A stretch of DNA of 24,000 nt from Gaiellales bacterium (GTDB taxonomy: Bacteria > Actinomycetota > Thermoleophilia > Gaiellales > F1-60-MAGs149): contig JBKJIG010000031.1 in NCBI GenBank assembly GCA_046598415.1, forward strand, positions 84,975-108,974. The letters are read 5' to 3'. A model generated the notes under the pieces. That model was not told the DNA's origin. It worked only from the letters and a program-made list of their open reading frames with translations, and searched no databases. The translations under genes and the position numbers were made by a program. Numbering within the stretch: position 1 is the first letter of the stretch; every line of letters begins with the position of its first letter. Below, piece by piece: positions 15,621 through 21,811 of the stretch.

Positions 15621-16141
15621 GGAACGACCTTGAAGCTGGTGACCATCGTGTGGTGCCCGATGCCGCAGTACTCGAAGCAGCGCACGGCGTAGACCCCCGG
15701 ACGCTGCAGCGTCAGCCGCAGCGTCGACGGCCACTGCGGCATCATCTGCGCCTGCGCGACGAAGGTGCCGGACGGGTCGTAGATGGCGAAGGCGTGGTTG
15801 ACGTCCTTGGCGGTCAGGCGGAACTCGACCTGCCGGCCCGCCTTGACGGTGGTGGTCGAGAACGTGAAGCCGTACTGCTGGGCGACGACATCGACGACCT
15901 GCTGATCGGCCCGCGCCTCAGCGTTCCACGGCGTCTCGGAGATGGTCGCCGCTGCCGACCCGACCAGCGCGATCATGACGACGACGAACCAGACGTTCTC
16001 ACGCCGCTTCCAGCGCGCGACGTTCATCGGCTTCGCGCGGGCCTTCGCACGGGTGGACAGGAAGATCATCGCGAACACGACGAGGCCCAGGACGACCAGC
16101 CCGAGGTAGATCAGATTGAAGACCACCATCGTCCGGTTCAT
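15617..16141 (-). CDS. Heme-copper oxidase subunit II (CuA domain)
   Basis: MNRTMVVFNLIYLGLVVLGLVVFAMIFL plus a second TM helix, then a cupredoxin domain ending in the CuA motif (H)AF...CFEYCGIGHHTM. An in-frame alternative ATG at 16189 overlaps the palindrome and is judged less likely. Confidence 0.85.
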   Translation of the reverse strand: MNRTMVVFNLIYLGLVVLGLVVFAMIFLSTRAKARAKPMNVARWKRRENVWFVVVMIALVGSAAATISETPWNAEARADQQVVDVVAQQYGFTFSTTTVKAGRQVEFRLTAKDVNHAFAIYDPSGTFVAQAQMMPQWPSTLRLTLQRPGVYAVRCFEYCGIGHHTMVTSFKVVP

Positions 16142-16187
16142 CGCGAGTGACGCTAACGGCCCCCCGCAGGCCGGTCCTCGGCGGATC

Positions 16188-16226
16188 ATGCAGTCCGGCT
16201 GCGGGAAACCCGCAGCCGGACTGCAT
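16188..16226. promoter_or_regulatory. 39-bp perfect palindrome ATGCAGTCCGGCTGCGGG-AAA-CCCGCAGCCGGACTGCAT containing the consensus operator TGCGGGAAACCCGCA (16200-16214)
   Basis: The 18-nt arms are exact reverse complements. It lies 5 nt downstream of the stop of gene 16231..16662, and its centre is 66 nt upstream of the oxidase subunit II ATG (16141). Confidence 0.65.
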
Positions 16227-16230
16227 CTGC

Positions 16231-16662
16231 TCAGTTGAAGGTCTGGTCGCAGTTCTGAAAGGTGTTCTTCGCACCCGGGGCACCGATGCAGATGTCGTTG
16301 GTACCCGTGCCGCCGTCGAGCGTGTTCCTCGTCGCAGACTGGCCGCCGGCGACGATGCAGTCGTTGCCGGCGCCACCGTTGTAGCTCACGTTTCCCGTCT
16401 TGTTCACACCGATGATCAGCTCCGCCGCCGATGTCCCGGTGACGGTCGTGACGCCGGCGGCCATGACGATCTTGGCGGTCAGTGCCAGCGCCGCACACTC
16501 GCTCGGCGCCAGCTGGACCGGCGTCGCGGCCTGAGCACCGCTCTTGCCGGCACGTGTGACGGGCACCGTGTTACTGGCCGTGAAGCCGGTGACGGACGTG
16601 AGGATGGCCGCGAACACGAAGACGACGCCGGCGGTCCGCGCCAGTGTGCGCCGCGGCATCAT
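16231..16662 (-). CDS. Small secreted Cys-containing protein with an FTASNTVP post-signal motif and an RTX-like GGxGxD repeat; putative cognate substrate of the adjacent S26B signal peptidase
   Basis: MMPRRTLARTAGVVFVFAAILTSVTG-FTASNTVPVTRAG... Also contains GGAGNDCIV and GGTGTNDICI, and four Cys residues. Its ATG overlaps the peptidase stop as ATGA (16659-16662). Confidence 0.75.
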   Translation of the reverse strand: MMPRRTLARTAGVVFVFAAILTSVTGFTASNTVPVTRAGKSGAQAATPVQLAPSECAALALTAKIVMAAGVTTVTGTSAAELIIGVNKTGNVSYNGGAGNDCIVAGGQSATRNTLDGGTGTNDICIGAPGAKNTFQNCDQTFN

Positions 16663-18482
16663 CGGCCGACGTTCGCGTAGCTCGACGGTACCGCTTCCCG
16701 GTTGGTGCGCGCCCGCGCGGCGGGGCCGCGGCGCTCGATCACGTACACGTACAGGCGGCCGTCCTCGTCCACGGCATACGTCGCATCTCGGCCGCGGTGC
16801 TCCTCGAGGATCAGGTGCCCGTAGTGCTGGGCGAGCCGCGCCAGGCTGTGGAAGTCGGGCAGCTCGATCGTGATGCGGTTGTCGGGGTTGACCTCGTGCA
16901 CCGGTACGAGCAGGCTCCCGTACCGCTTCGAGATCAGGTCCGTCTGGCGGCGGGCGCGGATCGGCGGTCGGGCGATCGCGAGCACGACCATGCTGGCGAA
17001 GATGCACGCGATCAGGGCGAGACCCAGCAGGCGGAGCTTCATCACGTCGATGTGCAGCGCCGCCAGATTGACGCTGTTGGCGACCTGCTGGTCGAGGCTG
17101 CCGGCCTGCTCGGGCTGCAGGATCGCCGCGAGGGCGCTCGTCGCCGACGTCGGGTCGGCGCCGGCCGCCGAGGAGGCCGCGGGTGCGGCGAGCTTGACGA
17201 GCTGGTGGTTGAAAGTGAACGGCAGCACCGGCGCGAACGTCTGGTTGATCGGCTTGCCGTTGACGATGCCGGTGATGTTCACGACCGCCTGCAGGTCGAC
17301 CAGGTAGTCGGAGCCGACGGCGCCCGAGTCGGCGGAGAGCTGGTCGAAGAACGCTCGCGACTGCACGAGGTCAACGACGCCGGCGATGTTCGCGGTGTCA
17401 CCCTCGAACGGGACGACCTTCTGCAGCACGAAGCTGCGATGGAGCGACGTCGCTGCGGTGATGACGGTGTTGAGGGCGATCGTGCCCTTGATCTGGTGCG
17501 GCAGCCGGCTGTCGAAGCGGTAGCCGAACTTCACGTTGACATCCTTGAAGAGGTCGAGCAAAAGCGGGTCGCCGGTCTGCGCGAAGCCCGTCGGATAGGC
17601 GGGGTTCGGGGCGACCAGCTTACTCACGTACGTGAAGTCGCCGACCTGCCTGAACGCCCCGGGGGCCGGGGCGGTGCGCTGGGCGGGGACGAGGAATCCG
17701 ACGAGCGTGACGAGGAGCGCCAGCACCAACGCGCCCGCTAGCGGCGGCCACGCACGGTGCAGGTTGACGCCGTGCAGCATGAAGTCGCCCGGGGCGACCG
17801 GCCGCAGGTTGGATGGGGCCGGCCGCGCGGGCTTCGCGGCCTTCGGCGTGGCCGCGCGCGGCGGCGCCGGGTCCGGCGCGGAGCGCGCCGATGCGAGGCC
17901 ACGGAGCCCGAAGTCGGGCGCGCCAACGACGGGTTCGGCCTCGATCGGTCCCGGCTGGTCCGTGACGGGCAGCGCGGCCTGAGCCGGGGTCGACCGACGC
18001 CCGCGCCGACGGCGGCGCTGCTTCTCGGCCGTGCCGCCGAGCAGAAGGAACATGGCTGCGACCACCGCGAACAGCGAGGCGTGCAGCGGCGTGCTCAGCC
18101 AGCCGACCCAGCCGCCGACACGGGGCACGTGGAACCAGAGCCGGCCCGCGATTGCACTGGCCGGCACGGTGCCGGGGTCGACGAAGTCGTTGTTGTCGCC
18201 CTGGAGCGAGTACTGGCCGTCGTGCAGGGCGATGATCCGGTGCAGCACCGGCCGGTGCAGCACCGGGCTGTTGTACAGCACGGCGTCGCCGACCTTGTAC
18301 GGCGGCCCCGCGCGCATCACGGCGAGGTAGCCGGTGTGCAGCTTCGGAAGCATGCTGATGCCCTCGGTGGTCGCATACGAGGTCGAGCCGCCCATCTGGA
18401 TGGGCGCGAACAACAGCCACACGACCGCGAACACGCCGAGGCCGGCGACCCATCCGATGATTCCTGTCCTGTGCGAGCGCAT
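16659..18482 (-). CDS. Fusion protein: S26B (SipW/Sec11-type) signal peptidase I, then a Pro/Ala/Arg-rich linker, then a DUF5305-like two-TM module
   Basis: N-terminus: TM helix, then GISMLP (Ser), VLHRII (His) and QGDNNDFVD, the ER/archaeal-type SPase signature. After the linker comes a TM helix (WPPLAGALVLALLVTLVGFLV), about 230 aa of extracytoplasmic sequence, another TM helix (LRLLGLALIACIFASMVVLAIA), and a tail KRYGSLLVPVHEV...LPDFHSLARLAQHYGHLILEE...YAVDEDGRLYVYV that matches my recollection of DUF5305. An AGGAGAA Shine-Dalgarno lies 6 nt upstream of the ATG at 18482. Confidence 0.85.
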   Translation of the reverse strand: MRSHRTGIIGWVAGLGVFAVVWLLFAPIQMGGSTSYATTEGISMLPKLHTGYLAVMRAGPPYKVGDAVLYNSPVLHRPVLHRIIALHDGQYSLQGDNNDFVDPGTVPASAIAGRLWFHVPRVGGWVGWLSTPLHASLFAVVAAMFLLLGGTAEKQRRRRRGRRSTPAQAALPVTDQPGPIEAEPVVGAPDFGLRGLASARSAPDPAPPRAATPKAAKPARPAPSNLRPVAPGDFMLHGVNLHRAWPPLAGALVLALLVTLVGFLVPAQRTAPAPGAFRQVGDFTYVSKLVAPNPAYPTGFAQTGDPLLLDLFKDVNVKFGYRFDSRLPHQIKGTIALNTVITAATSLHRSFVLQKVVPFEGDTANIAGVVDLVQSRAFFDQLSADSGAVGSDYLVDLQAVVNITGIVNGKPINQTFAPVLPFTFNHQLVKLAAPAASSAAGADPTSATSALAAILQPEQAGSLDQQVANSVNLAALHIDVMKLRLLGLALIACIFASMVVLAIARPPIRARRQTDLISKRYGSLLVPVHEVNPDNRITIELPDFHSLARLAQHYGHLILEEHRGRDATYAVDEDGRLYVYVIERRGPAARARTNREAVPSSYANVGR

Positions 18483-18506
18483 CGTGCTTCTCCTACGTCG
18501 TTCGGT

Positions 18507-18539
18507 ACCGGGCGACACCACTGTGTAGTGCCGCCCGGT
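18507..18539 (-). other. Intercistronic stem-loop between the first secreted-protein gene and the signal-peptidase fusion gene
   Basis: ACCGGGCG-A-CAC / GTG-C-CGCCCGGT gives 8+3 bp with a 1x1 mismatch and a 9-nt loop. It lies between the stop at 18574 and the start at 18482. No U-tract follows. Confidence 0.4.
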
Positions 18540-18573
18540 GTCATTGGGGTCGACAATGCCGGCCGCCGCGGAC

Positions 18574-18993
18574 CTACTGCGCGGCGATCACCGTGAGGCT
18601 GGTCAGCTTGTCGGACGTCAGCTGTGGGCTCGCCGTCGCACAGGTGACGGTGTCACCCGTCGTGTTCGTCGTGCACGCGTAGTTCGTCGGGCCACCGGTG
18701 GTGAGTGCGGCCTGGACGACGACCTTGCCGTTGCTGGTGCTGGGAATGACCGGAGAGACGGTGAACGTCAGCGAGTCGATGTTCGCCGGCGTCGTCGAGT
18801 TGAGCGTGTAGTGGATGGCCGAGACCGTGTAACCGCTGACCGTACCCACGCCGCTGCCGGCGGTCGTGTTCGGGACGGTGTTGGAGGCGGTGAAGGCGTA
18901 GGCGCCGGTGCCGAGGATCGCCGCGATACCGATTGCGACGACCAGTCGGAGCGGCGTCCGGCTCGACTTGGAGCCGAGAGCGCGAGCAGACAT
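18574..18993 (-). CDS. Small secreted Thr/Ser/Asn-rich protein with an FTASNTVP post-signal motif; putative major substrate or structural subunit
   Basis: A GAAGGAGAA Shine-Dalgarno precedes the ATG at 18993. Sequence: MSARALGSKSSRTPLRLVVAIGIAAILGTGAYA-FTASNTVPNTTAGSGVGTVSGYTVSAIHYTLNSTTPANIDSLTFTVSP..., a beta-rich composition with two Cys. Confidence 0.8.
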   Translation of the reverse strand: MSARALGSKSSRTPLRLVVAIGIAAILGTGAYAFTASNTVPNTTAGSGVGTVSGYTVSAIHYTLNSTTPANIDSLTFTVSPVIPSTSNGKVVVQAALTTGGPTNYACTTNTTGDTVTCATASPQLTSDKLTSLTVIAAQ

Positions 18994-19162
18994 GTGTTCT
19001 CCTTCGTCGACCGTGACGGCTGCGCGAGGCGCGGTCCGGGTCACGAGGAGGTGGGAAGGCCTCCACCACTGTCATCGGAAGGCCCGCCAGAACCGCCTCC
19101 CCACCCTGGGCCGGCGTTCACCCCATACGGGGGAGGCCGAACGGCCTGGGTGGACCGAAGGT

Positions 19163-19897
19163 CTAGCGCACGCGTTCGAGGAAACGCTGCGTCTCCGGCG
19201 CCTGCGGCGCGTCGAAGATCGCCGCCGGCGCGCCGCGCTCCAGGATCACGCCCTGATGGAGGAAGCACACCTCGTTCGCGACGGCGCGGGCGAACGTCAT
19301 CTCGTGCGTCGCGAAGATCATCGTCATCCCCTCGGCCTTCAGCTCGGCGATCACGTCGAGCACCTCGCCGACCAGCTCCGGATCAAGAGCCGAGGTGACC
19401 TCGTCGAGCAGGATGAGCCGCGGGTTCGTGGTCAGCGCGCGCACGATTGCCACCCGCTGCTGCTGACCGCCCGAGAGCCGGTCCGGGAAGTCGCGCTCAC
19501 GGCCCGCGAGGCCGAACCGCGTCAGCAACTCGACGGCGCGCGTCTCGGCCTCGGGCCGCGGGATGCGGTGCACGCGCGTCGGCGCCAGCACCACGTTGTC
19601 GAGCACGGACAGGTGCGGAAAGAGGTTGAACTGCTGGAACACGAACCCGATGCGGGCGCGGACGCGATCGGGGTCGACCGACGGGTCGGTGATCACCTCG
19701 CCGTCGAGCAGCACGTCGCCGTCGTCGATGTCCTCCAGCAGGTCGATGCAGCGCAGCAGCGTCGACTTGCCGGAGCCCGACGCGCCGATCAGCACGACTG
19801 CCTCGTGCTCGTTCACCTCCAGGTCGATACCGCCCAGCACCTCGCGGTCTCCGAACGCCTTGGTGACGCCTCGCACCTGGACGACCGGCGCCGTCAC
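19163..19897 (-). CDS. Polar amino-acid ABC transporter ATP-binding protein (GlnQ/HisP-like)
   Basis: Walker A GASGSGKST, Q-loop FQQFNLFPH, signature LSGGQQQRVAI, Walker B LILLDEVTSALD, H-loop ATHEM. The GTG start at 19897 overlaps the permease stop as GTGA. The longer 19163..20572 ORF is a shadow extension. Confidence 0.9.
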   Translation of the reverse strand: MTAPVVQVRGVTKAFGDREVLGGIDLEVNEHEAVVLIGASGSGKSTLLRCIDLLEDIDDGDVLLDGEVITDPSVDPDRVRARIGFVFQQFNLFPHLSVLDNVVLAPTRVHRIPRPEAETRAVELLTRFGLAGRERDFPDRLSGGQQQRVAIVRALTTNPRLILLDEVTSALDPELVGEVLDVIAELKAEGMTMIFATHEMTFARAVANEVCFLHQGVILERGAPAAIFDAPQAPETQRFLERVR

Positions 19898-20772
19898 ACC
19901 GCACCGCCAGCGGTGCGGGCCCGGTCGCGGCGGGCCTGCAGGTGGTCGACCACGCGGGCCAGTGGGATCGTGACGGAGAGGTACAGCACCGCGGCGGCCA
20001 GCAGCGGCGTGAAGTTGAACCGCAGGGACGCGTAGACCTGCGCCTGGCGGAAGGCCTCGAGCGGGCCGAGGATCGAGATCAGCGCGACGTCCTTCTGCAG
20101 GGAGATGAAGTCGTTCAGCAGCGGCGGCACGACTCGTCGGACGGCCTGCGGCAGGATCACGAAACGCATAGTCTGGGGATTGGACAGGCCGAGGGCGCGG
20201 GCGGCGGCGCGCTGCGACGGGTGCACGGAGTTGATGCCCGCGCGGTAGACCTCGGCGACGTACGCGCCGTATGACAGCGCCAGTGCGCACGCGCCGAGGA
20301 TGACGACGTTGTCGGGGATGAACCCGTAGCCGAGGGCCGGCACGGCGAACCCGATCAGGAACACCACGAGGATCGTCGGCAGACCACGGAAGACGTCGGT
20401 GTACACGGCCGCTAGCAGCCGCAGCGGGTAGAGGTACGGCGTCTCGACGAGCCGTGCCAGCGCGACCAGAAGCCCGAACACCAGCACGACGATCTCGATG
20501 ACGACGAACAGCTTCACGTCGAGCCAGAAGCCCCGCAGCACGTCGGGGAAGGTGTCCTTGAACACCTGCCACGAGAAGAACAGCTCGTGCACGTCGTTCC
20601 AGCCGGAGGACGTCACGATCGCGACCGCCACGAGCCCGATCACGGCGACGGTGGACACGCCGGAGGTCAGTCGTCCCCGGCGTGTCCGATCGCGTCGTGC
20701 CTGCTCGCGGACCTGCCTCCGCGTCGGCGCTGTTACGTCAGCTCCGGCGCGCCCGCGCTCGTCGACATCCAC
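19894..20772 (-). CDS. Polar amino-acid ABC transporter permease (HisM/GlnP family). Start uncertain: GTG 20772 is chosen; alternatives are ATG 20835 and GTG 20658.
   Basis: Contains the EAA-like loop AAARALGLSNPQTMRFVILPQAVRRVVPPLLNDFISLQKD and multiple TM helices. Confidence 0.8.
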   Translation of the reverse strand: MDVDERGRAGADVTAPTRRQVREQARRDRTRRGRLTSGVSTVAVIGLVAVAIVTSSGWNDVHELFFSWQVFKDTFPDVLRGFWLDVKLFVVIEIVVLVFGLLVALARLVETPYLYPLRLLAAVYTDVFRGLPTILVVFLIGFAVPALGYGFIPDNVVILGACALALSYGAYVAEVYRAGINSVHPSQRAAARALGLSNPQTMRFVILPQAVRRVVPPLLNDFISLQKDVALISILGPLEAFRQAQVYASLRFNFTPLLAAAVLYLSVTIPLARVVDHLQARRDRARTAGGAV

Positions 20773-21665
20773 TCGGTGGTCAGCTGGTCGAGGGTGCCCG
20801 CCGTCTTCAGCGCCGCGAGCGCCTCGTTCAGACACGGGGTGAGGGCGGAGTCCTTCTCCGACACGAGGCCCCAGTCATCGCCGCCGGGCGCGGCGAACTG
20901 ACCGAGCACCTTGGCGCCTTCGAGCTCGGCCGCGGCCAGGAACAGCCCGGTCGGCAGGTCGACCACGAGCGCATCGATCTGCTTGTTCTTGAGCGCCGTG
21001 GTGGCGGTGGATGTGTCGTCGTACACCTGCACGTCCTGGGACGGCGCAATCAGCGTGTTCGCCGCGTCGAGGCTCGAGGTGCCGATCTGCGTGCCGAGCT
21101 TGGCGTCCTTCAGCTCGGCCAGCGTGGTCGCGCCGGCGAACTTCGAGTCGTTGAAGACGACGATCGACTGCGGCGCCGTGTAATACGGGTCGGAGAACGA
21201 GACCGTCTTCTCGCGGTCCGGGTTGATCGACACCTGCTGGACGTTGAAGTCGAACTTCTTGTCGCCGGGCGCGAACGACTGGTCGAAGGTCGTCTTCTGC
21301 CACTTCACCTCGTCCTTGGTGAAGCCGAGTTGCGCGGCGACCGCGTAGGCGAGCGCCGACTCGAAGCCCTTGCCGGACGTCGGGTCGTTGTCCTCCACGT
21401 ACGGCGGGAACGCCGGGTTGGACGTCGCGGCCGTCAACCGGCCCGCCGTCTTGACCGGCAGCGCCTCCTTGGCGCAAGCGGCCGAAAGGCCGTTCGCGGC
21501 CGGCGCGGGAGCCGTCTCGGTGGTGGGGGCGGCCTCGGTCGTGGCGGCCGGAGCGGTGGTCGCGGCGGCCGGCTCGGACGTGGTGGTGTCGCCGCCCGAA
21601 CCACCGCACGCGCCGAGCGCGAGCGAGGTTGCGAGGAGGACGAGGATGGTGGGAAGGCGCGTCAT
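20733..21665 (-). CDS. Amino-acid ABC transporter substrate-binding lipoprotein (SBP family 3)
   Basis: Lipobox LALGAC, a Thr/Ala/Pro-rich linker, then an SBP_bac_3-like body (NPAFPPYVEDND..., FDFNVQQVSINPDREKTVSFSDPYY, IDALVVDLPTG). An AAAGGAA motif lies upstream of the ATG. Confidence 0.9.
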   Translation of the reverse strand: MTRLPTILVLLATSLALGACGGSGGDTTTSEPAAATTAPAATTEAAPTTETAPAPAANGLSAACAKEALPVKTAGRLTAATSNPAFPPYVEDNDPTSGKGFESALAYAVAAQLGFTKDEVKWQKTTFDQSFAPGDKKFDFNVQQVSINPDREKTVSFSDPYYTAPQSIVVFNDSKFAGATTLAELKDAKLGTQIGTSSLDAANTLIAPSQDVQVYDDTSTATTALKNKQIDALVVDLPTGLFLAAAELEGAKVLGQFAAPGGDDWGLVSEKDSALTPCLNEALAALKTAGTLDQLTTEWMSTSAGAPELT

Positions 21666-21811
21666 CAGGTTCCTTTGGATCGCAATTCAAGCACCTGGTG
21701 TCCAGGGTCAGACGGTCATTGACAGCTCAGCGTCGCGGATGAGTCTGGCAGGGTGCGGGCCCGAACACCCGATGCGTGCCATTGTTCTTATCTTTCGTAT
21801 TAGTGACATAT

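Noticed and set aside
13737-15692. 651-aa plus-strand ORF antisense to oxidase subunit I
   Set aside because: The translation is R/D/E/H/Q-rich without hydrophobic or domain structure. The opposite strand encodes a complete heme-copper oxidase with all metal ligands.
1678-16226. Interpreting the recurrent palindrome as a canonical DosR box or as simple intrinsic terminators
   Set aside because: The spacing of the GGG/CCC arms (3 bp) does not fit the known 20-bp mycobacterial DosR consensus. Two copies (4385 and 6807) lie between divergent genes where no transcript ends, and no copy has a U-tract. The motif is therefore reported as an unassigned operator rather than given either label.
16644-18596. 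Plus-strand ORFs 16644..17741 and 17757..18596, and minus-strand ORF 17620..18453
   Set aside because: They are antisense or off-frame to the signal-peptidase/DUF5305 fusion, whose catalytic motifs and TM architecture identify the true frame.
19045-19162. Small GC hairpins (AGGCC-GAAC-GGCCT near 19135-19148 and GGAGG...CCTCC near 19056-19073) between the ABC operon and the secretion operon
   Set aside because: The stems are only 5 bp with no U-tract. They could be weak terminators for the ABC operon but are not distinctive enough to annotate.
19898-20572. N-terminal 225-codon extension of the ABC ATPase ORF (19163..20572)
   Set aside because: It overlaps the permease gene in another frame. 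The ATPase homology starts at VTAPVVQVRGVTKAF, and the GTGA start/stop overlap at 19894-19897 gives a standard operon junction.
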